This document shows, piece by piece, positions 17,789 through 28,186 of a stretch of 64,000 bases of DNA. Source of the stretch: an uncultured Candidatus Poseidoniales archaeon (GTDB lineage: Archaea > Thermoplasmatota > Poseidoniia > Poseidoniales > Thalassarchaeaceae); NCBI GenBank assembly GCA_964585295.1, contig CAZPCY010000003.1:66990-130989 (forward strand), read 5' to 3'. Every line of letters starts with the position of its first letter. Position 1 is the stretch's first letter. The notes below the pieces were generated by a model. That model was not told the origin of the DNA, made no database searches, and saw only the letters and a list, made by a program, of their open reading frames with translations. The position numbers and the translations under genes were made by a program.

Positions 17789-18406
17789 TCACTTGTTCTT
17801 GAAGCGCTTGAGACGGAAGGTCTCCTCCCGCTCCATCTCCTCCAGCCGTAGCTGGATGAAGGCCTGTGCCTCCTGCATCTGCGGTATGACGACAAACTCG
17901 AGTGCGTTGACGCGCCTCTTCGTCGCCTCGATCTCCTCCAGGAGTTTCTTCAGAGTCGCCTCCATCTCCGACGCCTTGACTATCCTCTCAATCAGTTTCG
18001 AGTATCCGTCTGACGCCTCGTCGATGTAGGACGAACCACCAACTAGACCCATTCCTCGCTGCTCTATGGTGTTGGATAGATTCTCGCCGGAGACGCTTGG
18101 CACCACGACTCCCATGATGTTTCGGCGCTCGACCTGAACCTCGGGATGGCTGGCGATGGCAATCGCAGCGCTCTGCACGGCCAATCCTCCCTCTAGAGCA
18201 CTGGCGAGATCGATGCCCTGCTTAGCCTCTCGATATGTGGCGACGAGTTCTTGACGGGCTGAAATCATCTCCGAAAGAAGCATCCGGAATTCATGGAACA
18301 ATCCGTCACGCTTCATCTTCAGGAGTTTGTACCCATTCTGGGTTTGCTTGATGCGCCGCTTTAGGTTGATCAGTTCAGATCGGGTCGGCTTGATATCCAA
18401 CGCCAT
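17789..18406 (-). CDS. atpD: A-type ATP synthase subunit D
   Basis: The 'MALDIKPTRSELINLKRRIKQTQNGYKLLK' N-terminus is diagnostic of A/V-type subunit D. Confidence 0.9.
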   Translation of the reverse strand: MALDIKPTRSELINLKRRIKQTQNGYKLLKMKRDGLFHEFRMLLSEMISARQELVATYREAKQGIDLASALEGGLAVQSAAIAIASHPEVQVERRNIMGVVVPSVSGENLSNTIEQRGMGLVGGSSYIDEASDGYSKLIERIVKASEMEATLKKLLEEIEATKRRVNALEFVVIPQMQEAQAFIQLRLEEMEREETFRLKRFKNK

Positions 18407-18441
18407 TCCTTCACCCCCCTGAGATCAAATCGTTCGGTCGC

Positions 18442-19845
18442 TCACTCCTCGTCGACGGCGCCCTTCTTCTCAACTGGATGGTACTTGTCAATCAGTTCCT
18501 GATCGAGACGAACCAGATACTTGGTCGAGACATTGGTCAGCAACTCCCAGCAGAGGTCGAGGGTGTCGTCGATGGTGCGATCTTCGTCCCTGCTCTGGCG
18601 CAGGAATCGGTCCTCAAAGATGTCTGAGAACTTGAGCAACTGCAAGTCTCGCTCGTTGAGTGCGTCCTCGCCGACGATAGCAACTAGACCTCGAAGTTCG
18701 CGACCTTGCGCGTAAGCGGCGTACATCTGGTCGGAGACGGACTTGTGGTCTTCTCTGGTCGTCTCAGCACCGATCGTGCCTCCCATCAATCGCGATAGTG
18801 ACGGCAGGACGTTGATTGGCGGGTAGATTCCCGACTGATGCAACTCACGGCTGATGACGATCTGCCCCTCGGTGATGTAGCCCGACAAGTCGGGAATCGG
18901 GTGGGTGATGTCGTCGCCGGGCATGGTCAGAATCGGGAACTGGGTGATGCTGCCATTCTTGCCCTTCACGATACCCGCTCGCTCGTATAGCATCGCTAGA
19001 TCGGTGTACATGTAACCGGGGTATCCACGTCGTCCTGGGACCTCCTCACGGGCTGCTCCAATCTGGCGAAGTGCGTCGCAGTAGTTCGTCATGTCAGTGT
19101 AGATGACCAGCACGTGGTAGTCGTGCTCGAACGCAAGGTACTCCGCCGCAGTCAGGGCGAGACGCGGCGTGATTAGGCGCTCGACCGCCGGGTCATCGGC
19201 TAGATTGACGAACAGCACGGCATTCTCAAGCGCACCCGTCCTCTCCAGATCGGCACGGAAGAAGTTGTACTCCTCGGCGGTGATTCCCATTGCGCAGAAG
19301 ACGACGATGAACTCCTCGTCGCTGTCCTTCAGCTTCGCCTGTCGTGCGATCTGCAGAGCGATGTCGTTGTGCGGCAGGCCAGAGGCGCTGAAGATCGGCA
19401 ACTTCTGACCGCGGATGAGAGTGGTGCAGCAGTCGATGGCACTGACTCCTGTCTGTATGAAATCCTCCGGCTTCTCTCGGCTGTAGGGGTTGATCGCAGC
19501 TCCGATGATGTCAGCTCGTTCCTCGGCGATGATGTCCGGTCCACCGTCTCGCGGTCGGCCTGCACCATCGAGGATGCGGCCGATCATGTCCTTGCTCACG
19601 GGCAGCTTGAACACATCACCGAGGAACGTCACCCCAGCCTTGCGGTCAATCGCCTCAGTTCCTTCGAAGACCTGGACGACGACGGTGTCATCGCTGGTGT
19701 CAAGGACCTGGCCGTTCTTCATCGAGCCGTTTGATAGGCGAATCGAGACAATCTCGCCAAAGGCGACTGGTTCTGTCTTCTCCAAGAAGACCAGTGGCCC
19801 CTTGATGTTGGTTATTGTGCGGTACTCCTTTTGGCTCATTCTCAA
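18442..19845 (-). CDS. atpB: A-type ATP synthase subunit B (regulatory)
   Basis: Strong similarity across its length to A/V-type B subunits (e.g. '[15 protein letters not shown]', '[15 protein letters not shown]'). Confidence 0.95.
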   Translation of the reverse strand: MRMSQKEYRTITNIKGPLVFLEKTEPVAFGEIVSIRLSNGSMKNGQVLDTSDDTVVVQVFEGTEAIDRKAGVTFLGDVFKLPVSKDMIGRILDGAGRPRDGGPDIIAEERADIIGAAINPYSREKPEDFIQTGVSAIDCCTTLIRGQKLPIFSASGLPHNDIALQIARQAKLKDSDEEFIVVFCAMGITAEEYNFFRADLERTGALENAVLFVNLADDPAVERLITPRLALTAAEYLAFEHDYHVLVIYTDMTNYCDALRQIGAAREEVPGRRGYPGYMYTDLAMLYERAGIVKGKNGSITQFPILTMPGDDITHPIPDLSGYITEGQIVISRELHQSGIYPPINVLPSLSRLMGGTIGAETTREDHKSVSDQMYAAYAQGRELRGLVAIVGEDALNERDLQLLKFSDIFEDRFLRQSRDEDRTIDDTLDLCWELLTNVSTKYLVRLDQELIDKYHPVEKKGAVDEE

Positions 19846-21611
19846 ACCCCCTCCCCTTCATCCATGGTGGCAGCGATCTGGCTCTTCATCTCCGAGATCA
19901 AATCGTCGATTCTATCGAGGTAGCCGTCGGCGAATCGTGCCCGCATCAGATCGGTTCGACCTTGGACATTGACGACGCTCTCCAGAGGCGCGCCGCCGGC
20001 GATTGCTGCCTTCGCCGAATCCTGGAACTCTAGAATCGCCTTCGCCATCTTGTACTGCTGTTCGACAGCGGAGTAGGCGTCGACGGCGTGGAACGCGTTC
20101 TGGGACAGGAAGTACTCGCGAATCATACGAGCCACCTCCAGCGTCAGTTGCTGGTCGATGGGCAGCGCGTCACTGCCGACCAGCTGGACGATCTCCTGCA
20201 ACTCAGCCTCGGTCTGTAGCAGACTGCTGACCTCGGTTCGGACCTCTGGGTAGTCGCTGCCAATGTTCTCTCTGAACCAACCATCGAGACTCTGCGGATA
20301 GAGCGAGTACGAACTCAGCCAGTTGATCGCAGGGAAGTGGCGCTGTCTGGCGAGGCTCGCATCTAGACCCCAGAACACCTTGACGATTCGGAGAGTCCCT
20401 TGGCTGACCGGCTCGCTGATGTCACCACCGGGCGGTGACACTGCGCCGATGACGCTGACCGAGCCGTCGTCGCCTGCGAGGGTTTCCACGCGCCCTGCAC
20501 GCTCGTAGAACTCCGCCAAGCGGCTCGACAGATAGGCTGGATATCCCTCTTCTCCAGGCATCTCTTCAAGGCGGCTGCTAATCTCACGCATCGCCTCTGC
20601 CCAACGACTGGTGGAGTCGGCCATCAGAGCGACATCATAGCCCATGTCGCGGAAGTATTCGGCGATCGTGACCCCTGTGTAGACCGACGCCTCACGGGCT
20701 GCGACGGGCATGTTCGATGTGTTGGCGATCATCACCGTCCGCTCCATCAGCGGCTTGCCAGTGTTCGGGTCCTCCAACTCGGGGAACTCCTCCAGCACCT
20801 CGGTCATCTCGTTGCCACGCTCTCCGCATCCAATGTAGACGACGAGTTGGGCGTCGGAGAACTTGGCGAGAGACTGCTGTGTTACCGTCTTCCCGGAACC
20901 GAAAGGTCCTGGAATTCCGGCCGTCCCACCCTTGGCCAAGGGAAACAGGAAGTCAAGGATTCTGGTGCCCGTGACCAAAGGCGTGTCGGGCGCGTACTTC
21001 TGCTTGAAAGGACGGGGGGCTCTGACAGGCCACTCCTGCATCATTTGCAATTCTGTCCCATCCGCCAAAGTACAGACTGTCTGCTTGACGTTGAACGAGC
21101 CAGATTCAATGCTCTTCACGGTGCCCCCCTTCCCAGGCGGGACCATGATTCGGTGGGTGATGGTCGAGGTCTCCTCGACCTCGCCGATGATGTCGCCACC
21201 CGATACCTCGGCGCCGACTTCTACGGTCGGTGTGAAATCCCACTCCTTCTCTAAATCGAGTCCGTCCGCGTCGACTCCTCTAGTGATGAAGACACCCATG
21301 ACCTCCTCAAGAGAGGGCAACGGACGCTGAATTCCGTCGTAAATCTGCTTCAGCAGACCAGGGCCCAATTGGACCGACAGAGTTTGTCCGGTTCTCTCCA
21401 CCGGCTCTCCGGGGCGTATTCCAGAAGTGTCCTCGTATACTTGGATAATCGACTTCTCACCCTCAATCTCAATCACTTCTCCCATTAATCGCTCGTCGCC
21501 GACTCGAACCACCTCGTACATGCGGGACTCGATGCCCACCGCGGTTACGACTGGTCCTGAGATTCGGTAGATCTGGCCTGTCTCATTGCTCATGTTCTCA
21601 CTTCCGTTCAA
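19842..21611 (-). CDS. atpA: A-type ATP synthase subunit A (catalytic)
   Basis: P-loop 'GPFGSGKTV', '[11 protein letters not shown]' and '[22 protein letters not shown]'. Confidence 0.95.
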   Translation of the reverse strand: MNGSENMSNETGQIYRISGPVVTAVGIESRMYEVVRVGDERLMGEVIEIEGEKSIIQVYEDTSGIRPGEPVERTGQTLSVQLGPGLLKQIYDGIQRPLPSLEEVMGVFITRGVDADGLDLEKEWDFTPTVEVGAEVSGGDIIGEVEETSTITHRIMVPPGKGGTVKSIESGSFNVKQTVCTLADGTELQMMQEWPVRAPRPFKQKYAPDTPLVTGTRILDFLFPLAKGGTAGIPGPFGSGKTVTQQSLAKFSDAQLVVYIGCGERGNEMTEVLEEFPELEDPNTGKPLMERTVMIANTSNMPVAAREASVYTGVTIAEYFRDMGYDVALMADSTSRWAEAMREISSRLEEMPGEEGYPAYLSSRLAEFYERAGRVETLAGDDGSVSVIGAVSPPGGDISEPVSQGTLRIVKVFWGLDASLARQRHFPAINWLSSYSLYPQSLDGWFRENIGSDYPEVRTEVSSLLQTEAELQEIVQLVGSDALPIDQQLTLEVARMIREYFLSQNAFHAVDAYSAVEQQYKMAKAILEFQDSAKAAIAGGAPLESVVNVQGRTDLMRARFADGYLDRIDDLISEMKSQIAATMDEGEGV

Positions 21612-21612
21612 T

Positions 21613-21912
21613 TTACTTCCATAGGTCGACGCCGAGCGCCTTCCTTATCGACTCCCTTAGGGTGTCATCTTCCTCGGTCCCAATGCCTAGGAACGTTGGA
21701 GATATGCTGAGGCTGACCCTCTCTCTAAGACGCTCCGGTAGTCTCCGGAAATCACGGGAATCGAGCACCACTATGCCGACCTCGTCCGAGGCCATCAGTT
21801 CGCGGCAGGTGGCGGCGAGGGATACCTCGTCGCTGGGATTATGCAGATGGGTGATGCCTGCGAGCTGGAAACCGAGGGTGAATTCCGGCGTTCCAACAAT
21901 CGCTATCTCCAT
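21613..21912 (-). CDS. atpF: A-type ATP synthase subunit F
   Basis: 99-aa protein '[20 protein letters not shown]' in the canonical operon position between C and A. Confidence 0.8.
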   Translation of the reverse strand: MEIAIVGTPEFTLGFQLAGITHLHNPSDEVSLAATCRELMASDEVGIVVLDSRDFRRLPERLRERVSLSISPTFLGIGTEEDDTLRESIRKALGVDLWK

Positions 21913-21921
21913 CCTCTCACC

Positions 21922-22983
21922 TCACAGTGTTAAGTGCGCTTCGAGGACCTCGTCCCCGAGACCTGCTGCCTTGCCGCGCACGAGCAAGCGTAGGTTCTGC
22001 ACCTCGAGCAATTTGCGCTCGACATAGTAGACAATCGGCATCGCCGACAGCGGTTGCAGGTGAGCAAATCTGAGCAGCATGTCGCTGCGCTTCTTCGCGA
22101 ACAGGGTGACGACAGGATCGAGGGAGGAGCGTTCGCGGGAGGATGCGATCGCCTCCTCGAGCCCGTCGTCATTGAAACCGGGGGTTCGGCGGGCTGCGTC
22201 AAGCAGTCCCGCCTCATCATCGGCCTGCGCTGCGGCTCGCAGCGAGGCTTGGGTCAGCGATCCACCGGGAATCGCGAGAGACTGGGCGACCTCCTTGGAG
22301 AGGCCCTGTCTCTGGATGCGAAGTAGATTGACTAGATTCCGGTGGTCTATCTCCATCATCAGGTAGCGTCTCAGAAGGGCATTCGGACCAGTTCGCGGGA
22401 TGGCGCTGAGAGCCAGTGCGAAGTAGTGCCTGTCGAGAGCGTCCTCGAGAGTGGCGAGATCGTTCTCGCCCTCAATGGAGATGAAGGCGCCGCCGACCAC
22501 CGTATTACGAATCATGTTCGCAGCCTCGGAGAGGCTGCCCGCCTGCTCAACGATTCGGAGCCATGGACCGTTCTGTGGGTTCTCGGACGGTAAAGCACCG
22601 GTTGCCACATCATTGTACGACGCTCCGGAATGAATCGCTCGGAGCACGGTCTTGGCACGCTCGAAGTCGATTCGGAGTGCGTAGGCCTTCACGATGTCTT
22701 TCAGTGGCCCGGAACAGAAGCCAAGCACCTGATGGACATCGCGGTCGAGGTTGTGGCTGAGCGCCGCCTCCAAGAGCTGCGCGCCGTCCAATCGATGGCC
22801 GTAAGCATCCATCTCAGGTCGGTAACCGGCATCTGCGATGGTTGCCGAAATCGCATCGACCTCCTGTTTGACGAGTTGGCGGAGTTTGGTGCGATCGAAC
22901 AGCGAGGCACGCCTAGCGCGCGCACGCGCCGATGCGTTGGCCAAGTTGGATCGCCCCGCAGACTTCACTCGCTCACCCTCCAA
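21922..22983 (-). CDS. atpC: A-type ATP synthase subunit C (V-type d homolog)
   Basis: Size, helical composition and operon position. Confidence 0.8.
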   Translation of the reverse strand: MEGERVKSAGRSNLANASARARARRASLFDRTKLRQLVKQEVDAISATIADAGYRPEMDAYGHRLDGAQLLEAALSHNLDRDVHQVLGFCSGPLKDIVKAYALRIDFERAKTVLRAIHSGASYNDVATGALPSENPQNGPWLRIVEQAGSLSEAANMIRNTVVGGAFISIEGENDLATLEDALDRHYFALALSAIPRTGPNALLRRYLMMEIDHRNLVNLLRIQRQGLSKEVAQSLAIPGGSLTQASLRAAAQADDEAGLLDAARRTPGFNDDGLEEAIASSRERSSLDPVVTLFAKKRSDMLLRFAHLQPLSAMPIVYYVERKLLEVQNLRLLVRGKAAGLGDEVLEAHLTL

Positions 22984-23551
22984 ACAGAATCCCGTCTACA
23001 TCACCTAGTGATGCCTGCCATGCGGCGTCCAATCGGCTGTCGAATGTGTGGTCAAGACTGACTGCACCGTCAGCAGATTCGAGCATGAATCCACCGATGG
23101 CATCTATATCCTCACCGATGGTGAAGGCGCTACCGGCCTTTTCCAGTACGGCGCGATCGATAGAAGCAGGCCTTAGCAACATCTTGGCGCCACCAGCCGC
23201 TTTCGCCGCTGCCGATGCCTCTTTCACTAGAGCGTTGAGCAGGTCCTTACGACCTGCCATCCCGGGCTTTGCAACCTCGCTCTTGAGGGTCTCCCAAGTC
23301 GCATCTAGTTCCTCGCGGCGGGCAATCAGAACCTCCTTCTGGTTCGCCTGACGGGCGCTCGCAACTGTTTCGGTTCGCACCTGATCCGCCTCTCGTTCCG
23401 CCTTCGCGACCGCTTTCGCACGATATTCATCGACGGCGCTTTGCGCCTCTGCAGCAATCCGATCAGCCTCGGCCGACGCATCCGAGGCGATCGCTTTCGC
23501 CTCGGCCTTGGCGGCCTCGCCTATGTCCTTCGCGAGCGCGTCCAACGACAT
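22973..23551 (-). CDS. atpE: A-type ATP synthase subunit E
   Basis: Ala/Glu-rich helical N-terminus 'MSLDALAKDIGEAAKAEAKAI'. Start set to the ATG at 23551, preceded by GGAG; the ORF-track start at 23602 is an extension. Confidence 0.8.
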   Translation of the reverse strand: MSLDALAKDIGEAAKAEAKAIASDASAEADRIAAEAQSAVDEYRAKAVAKAEREADQVRTETVASARQANQKEVLIARREELDATWETLKSEVAKPGMAGRKDLLNALVKEASAAAKAAGGAKMLLRPASIDRAVLEKAGSAFTIGEDIDAIGGFMLESADGAVSLDHTFDSRLDAAWQASLGDVDGILFGG

Positions 23552-23598
23552 GGTTACTCCTCGCTGTCTCCTCGTGGTGGCCTCTTCCATCCCCATGT

Positions 23599-23916
23599 TC
23601 ACAACAGGAACATGGCGAGGAAGCCGAACAGCACGATTGTCTCTGGCAAAGCGGTGAAGATCAGTGCGGTGACGAACTTTGAACTGTCCTCGGCAACCAT
23701 TCCGACGGCAGCAGCTCCTATCTGTCCCTGCGACAAGCCAGTGCCGACACCAGCCAGTCCGAGCGCGATTCCGGCACCCAGGGGCATGCCCCAGCTATAT
23801 CCAGTCGCGCTATTTACTGCCAGCGCCTTTTCCGCGGACACGACGTCCACAATCAGTCCAAGGACAATCAACACGATCATCCAGCGCATTCCAATTCTCA
23901 CATTCTTCGGGTTCAT
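23599..23916 (-). CDS. atpK: A-type ATP synthase subunit K (proteolipid c)
   Basis: Two-helix hairpin proteolipid with Gly-rich 'GAGIALGLAGVGTGLSQGQIGAAAVG'. Confidence 0.85.
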   Translation of the reverse strand: MNPKNVRIGMRWMIVLIVLGLIVDVVSAEKALAVNSATGYSWGMPLGAGIALGLAGVGTGLSQGQIGAAAVGMVAEDSSKFVTALIFTALPETIVLFGFLAMFLL

Positions 23917-23970
23917 TCTCTATTCCTCCCATTCATCCATGGCTCAAGAGCCAGGAAACTGATTCCGCTT

Positions 23971-26172
23971 CTAGTCCACCTCCACGTGTCTTGACCTGAC
24001 GCCAAACGGGTCGAAGCGCTCTCCGTTGGCTTGGTAGAATTGACGCATCCACTCGACAAAGTGGAGCCTGGCCGCATGGATGTTTGGGCTGAACATCCCG
24101 AGAACCCAAGCGAACGCCTGCACGGCGAGCCAAGCGACGAACATGCCGAGACCAACTAGAATGTTAAGGCCGCCAGATGAGAACGCCTCGACCATCGGCT
24201 GGTAGATCATCGAATTGCCCGCCTCAGCAATCTTGACCCCCACGACTCCGACAGCGAACAGCCGGACGTAGGAAAGCGTTGTCGGTAGCATGCCAATTGC
24301 CTCCATCGGTCCAAGGAAAGCAGCTACCAAAATCGGCACGCCCTCATGCACTAAGTGGAGGATGAGCAGTAGAACTCCGCCTGCGACGGCGACGGCGCTA
24401 GCCATCTGCATGTTCGAGAGCAGATTGAGATACACGGGGTCGGTATGCTTTGAGGAAAGGAGGAATGCGTATGCGAAGAAGAAACCTCCACCAAGCACAA
24501 GCATCCACGAGAACTTGCCGTACAGTGCCCCCTTCCATCCATGGCCACGGCGAACTTCGTCAATTGCACCAAGGAGAAGTGCAAGCATGATGTGCACGAC
24601 TCCTATGTATATCGTCAACAGAATAAGGTCCGCAATGTTCCCGCCAACTCGGTGGAACGGGAAGGAAATGTGGGCTCCTAACGGCAGGCTGGCACTCCAG
24701 AAGTAGTGGTGCTCGTACTGGCCAGCTTGCGGATAGAGATTGGAGAGTGCGAACGCCCAAGATGGGACGCCTTCGTACGCTTCCCAGTGGCACGAGCCGC
24801 TCCCTCCCCCGGCTGCGAGGGCGTGGCCAGCCGTCGCTGTTACAGCGTCACCCGAGCAGACGAGGTGTGGCAGAATCTCAAAACCGGCGAATTCGCCGTA
24901 AATGTAGCCGAATAGAACGGTGGCGCCTCCAATCCACAATAGGAACTTCACTCCGAGCGCAGCCATCTCATTGCCACTGTCTTTCGTCTTCGCGTGCACG
25001 AATGCGGCAAGCGAGAGTGTGATGATTCCGTACAGCATGTCCCCGAGCATCATACCAAAGAACAGAGGATATGTGATTAGCATGAAGATGGTCGGATCTA
25101 TCCGGCCGTAATCCGATCGACCCACAGCATCGGTGAGCAAGCGCATCGGCTTGGCGGCGCCGTGATCGCCGAAGTCGACCGGGGGTCGCGGTTCGGCGTG
25201 GGCTTGTCCCTCCTCGTCATGTGAGTGGTGATGCTCGGCTAGGGCGCCCCCAACATCGTGGTCTACCTCGACATAGGAGCATAGCGAGGAGAGGGCGTCG
25301 CGGACCTCGCTCTCTCGGTCCGCCGTTATCCATCCATCCAAGACGAAGGCGTGCTCGCTGACGGCGATTCGGACCGGAGCGGTAGCCTCGGCGAAATCCG
25401 CCTCAAGGACCTCGACACCGCAGACGAGCATTCCTCCATTGGCCGCAGACCATGCGGCAATCTCATCGGAAATCGATTTGCGCCGAGCCTGCAAACGCCG
25501 CATGGCGTCACGCTCGGCCCCCACGGCACGGATGGCGCTTCCTTCTCCCTCGGGTGGTTGGAAAGCGGAAAACTGTGCATCCTCTAGACGCTTCTGTACC
25601 GGGCCGGCTGAAGAGGTGGGGCAGAAGGTGGCGGTCACCGGACCGATGTCCGCCTTGGCCTCAAAGACGAGTGCCCCGGAACCCTTCAAGGCATCCTTGG
25701 CATCTCCCATCTTGCGGATTTGACCGATGAACACGGCTAGGTTCTCGTATCCAGAAAGGAGATCGATATCAATATCAAGGGACGCGATTGTATCTAGGGC
25801 GGCGATTCTATCCCGGTGTTCGGCAATATCAGCATCGAGTGCCTCCATCTCGGAGATTAGTTCACTCACCTCCTCCACTCTATCGGAGATCTCACCCCCC
25901 AGCCAGCCGCGGGCTGTTTCCTCTCGGACGGGATTGCGGCCACCGACCGCACCGACATGATCGGAGATGCTGCGCAGGGTCGACAGTTCGCGTCCTAGAT
26001 TGTCGTGAGAGGAATCTGGTTCTCCCATCGCGAATCCTGCATCCTCACCGTCATACTCCAAGAGATGGATGGCGTTCAGTCGAGCGATCCGATGGGTTAC
26101 CTCAGCCATTCGGTCTCGCATTCCGGTGGCGATCAGGCGCGCGATGGGCCTGTTCGTCATCGCTCCGACCAT
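23971..26172 (-). CDS. atpI: A-type ATP synthase subunit I (a-subunit)
   Basis: 733 aa. Soluble N-terminal domain plus a polytopic C-terminal domain, in operon position after H. Confidence 0.9.
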   Translation of the reverse strand: MVGAMTNRPIARLIATGMRDRMAEVTHRIARLNAIHLLEYDGEDAGFAMGEPDSSHDNLGRELSTLRSISDHVGAVGGRNPVREETARGWLGGEISDRVEEVSELISEMEALDADIAEHRDRIAALDTIASLDIDIDLLSGYENLAVFIGQIRKMGDAKDALKGSGALVFEAKADIGPVTATFCPTSSAGPVQKRLEDAQFSAFQPPEGEGSAIRAVGAERDAMRRLQARRKSISDEIAAWSAANGGMLVCGVEVLEADFAEATAPVRIAVSEHAFVLDGWITADRESEVRDALSSLCSYVEVDHDVGGALAEHHHSHDEEGQAHAEPRPPVDFGDHGAAKPMRLLTDAVGRSDYGRIDPTIFMLITYPLFFGMMLGDMLYGIITLSLAAFVHAKTKDSGNEMAALGVKFLLWIGGATVLFGYIYGEFAGFEILPHLVCSGDAVTATAGHALAAGGGSGSCHWEAYEGVPSWAFALSNLYPQAGQYEHHYFWSASLPLGAHISFPFHRVGGNIADLILLTIYIGVVHIMLALLLGAIDEVRRGHGWKGALYGKFSWMLVLGGGFFFAYAFLLSSKHTDPVYLNLLSNMQMASAVAVAGGVLLLILHLVHEGVPILVAAFLGPMEAIGMLPTTLSYVRLFAVGVVGVKIAEAGNSMIYQPMVEAFSSGGLNILVGLGMFVAWLAVQAFAWVLGMFSPNIHAARLHFVEWMRQFYQANGERFDPFGVRSRHVEVD

Positions 26173-26201
26173 GCTCTGCTCCCCCTAACACTGGTTGCCT
26201 C

Positions 26202-26516
26202 TCAAGCCAAGAAGCGTCTTAGCACGGACTGGACTGCATCATGCCGCGACTTGTCGCCTTGGTCGTGGATGGCGGCTATCCGCTTCGCACCCTCAACTGC
26301 CACGGCTTCCGCTTCGACGCCAGCCTCGTTCCGTGCTGCTTGTACTATTCCGATTGAGTCGCCGTCTGCCGAACGCTTTCCCTCGGCTTCGGATTCAGAC
26401 GCTTCAACTCGGGCGTTGCTAATCGCCTGAGCGGCCTCCTCCTTCGCCTTCTCTACGGCTTCCGAGGCTTCTTGCTCGGCTTGCTTGATGGTCCTCAAAA
26501 TCTCGGCGCGACCCAT
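26202..26516 (-). CDS. atpH: A-type ATP synthase subunit H
   Basis: 'MGRAEILRTIKQAEQEASEAVEKAKEEA', charged helical, ~105 aa. Start set to the ATG at 26516; the ORF-track GTG at 26567 is an extension. Confidence 0.7.
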   Translation of the reverse strand: MGRAEILRTIKQAEQEASEAVEKAKEEAAQAISNARVEASESEAEGKRSADGDSIGIVQAARNEAGVEAEAVAVEGAKRIAAIHDQGDKSRHDAVQSVLRRFLA

Positions 26517-26778
26517 TCGCTCCACTCCAATGAGACAGGCGAATGTTGTCCGCCTTATCATGTTCACCGTGGGCCCTCTTCACACCCTCCTGCGACCTCT
26601 CTGCGAACTCGCTCATCCCACACCCCATCCTAGGTCGCATCGAGCATTCACAGCACCCCCCATAGATTGCATCGGGAAAGGCAACTCGCACCCCCCAATG
26701 AGGCATCATCAGAACCTCGACCCGGGCCATCCTCGATTCCGCGAAGGCTGAAGTGGCGCCGCCTGCCGCAGCCGCCAT

Positions 26779-27495
26779 GTGGACCCGTCCTCGATTGAGG
26801 CCGAAGATTGGCAGGAACTGCAGCGCAACCTGCAGGCTACGATCCCGGTCTATGACCGCATCAACCGATTCGCAACTCTCGGTCAGGACCGGAGGTGGCG
26901 GCGAATGGTCAGAGACCGGCTGCCAGAGAGAGGGAGGATTCTGGAGATCGGATGTGGACCAGGGACCTTCGCCGAGACGGTCGTGCACGATGACCTGACC
27001 TGTCTCGATCCAATCGAAGCGATGCTCACCGTGGCAGAGCCGAGAGTGAATGCAGCTCGAGAGGCGAATGGCCTCCCACCTGCTTCCTTCGTGGAGGCGG
27101 CCGCGGAGGCGATGCCGTTTGAGGATGCGGCTTTCGATGGCGTCTGCGCTCTCTTCTCCTTCCGCGATTGGTACGACAAGCGAGCCGGTCTCTCCGAGGC
27201 ACTCCGAGTGCTGAGGCCCGGAGGCACCCTAGTTATCGTCGACCCTGCGAAGATGAACCGTTTGCACGGCTGGCTCGGCTACCTCTACATGCGCATCTGG
27301 GTAGGCTCCTACGCCCGCTTCATCTGCCGACAGAAGGACCACCCATGGAAGTGGTTGACCAAGACCTACGTTGGCTTCGGCACCACTAGGACCTATGTCC
27401 GAATGATTGAGGAGATCGGATTCACGGATGTGGCAGCTAAGGTCGTGTTCCCTGGGATGGCAACAATCTGGACGGCCCGCGCGCCCACTGGATGA
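26779..27495 (+). CDS. menG: demethylmenaquinone/ubiquinone C-methyltransferase family (class I SAM MTase)
   Basis: 'TIPVYDRINRFATLGQDRRWRR' matches the UbiE/MenG N-terminal motif. SAM motif 'ILEIGCGPG'. GTG start. Confidence 0.65.
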   Translation: MDPSSIEAEDWQELQRNLQATIPVYDRINRFATLGQDRRWRRMVRDRLPERGRILEIGCGPGTFAETVVHDDLTCLDPIEAMLTVAEPRVNAAREANGLPPASFVEAAAEAMPFEDAAFDGVCALFSFRDWYDKRAGLSEALRVLRPGGTLVIVDPAKMNRLHGWLGYLYMRIWVGSYARFICRQKDHPWKWLTKTYVGFGTTRTYVRMIEEIGFTDVAAKVVFPGMATIWTARAPTG

Positions 27496-27498
27496 TGG

Positions 27499-28182
27499 TC
27501 ACTCCTCCCCGTCTGGGGAGGATCCTATCCGCTCCATAATCCCCTCAAGCATCCTCTGCTCACGCTCATCGATGACGCCATCCTCCAGCGCCTCTATGAT
27601 CCTCTCCTGGTCACGCTCGTTCATGCTGGCACGCTCGCATGCGCCGATAATCAGCGCCCTCTCCGCATCGGTCACTACACCATCGGCCAAGGCCCCCTCG
27701 ATTGCTGCACGAAGCGCCATCCTCGCCTTCTCGCTCCAAGGTATTCCCATTGCGTCGGCAAGTCGGTTCAACTCGTCGAACTCCTCGGCTGTTAGTATCC
27801 CATCGGCGTAGGCAGCGCGGTACGAATCCATCAGGAATTCCTTGTATTCACCCGGATTCAGTATGACATCCCTAATCAGACCGTAGTCGGGAGAATCCTC
27901 TTCCTCATCCGCCAAGGTCAGCATCACGATGCTCCGTCGAATCTCCTTGATGTTCATGTCCATCATGCCGTGCACCAGCATGCCAGCACCGAAGGCAACC
28001 ATGATGGCCGAGCCAATCTTGATGCTAAGACCTGGCAGATAGGGGATTACCCAAGGGTGGTGCATCTGGTAGAAACCCAAGGCGATAAGCACACCCCCCC
28101 AGACAACCTCCGCCCAGTCATTCATGTCCGCCTCACCGGCAAACAAGGAAAGTTTCTCTTCGACTGGAGAGTCAGAACTCAT
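27499..28182 (-). CDS. membrane-anchored protein with three tandem TerB-like repeats
   Basis: Two N-terminal TM helices, then three ~22-aa repeats of 'DG(I/V)(L/V)TxxExxxL...G(I/M)' (ADGILTAEEFDELNRLADAMGI, ADGVVTDAERALIIGACERASM, EDGVIDEREQRMLEGIMERIG). Confidence 0.35.
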   Translation of the reverse strand: MSSDSPVEEKLSLFAGEADMNDWAEVVWGGVLIALGFYQMHHPWVIPYLPGLSIKIGSAIMVAFGAGMLVHGMMDMNIKEIRRSIVMLTLADEEEDSPDYGLIRDVILNPGEYKEFLMDSYRAAYADGILTAEEFDELNRLADAMGIPWSEKARMALRAAIEGALADGVVTDAERALIIGACERASMNERDQERIIEALEDGVIDEREQRMLEGIMERIGSSPDGEE

Positions 28183-28186
28183 ACTA

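Noticed and set aside
26202-26567. Longer AtpH (121 aa) starting at GTG 26567
   Set aside because: The N-terminal 17 residues (MNMIRRTTFACLIGVER) are atypical for subunit H. The conserved charged helix begins at the ATG at 26516.
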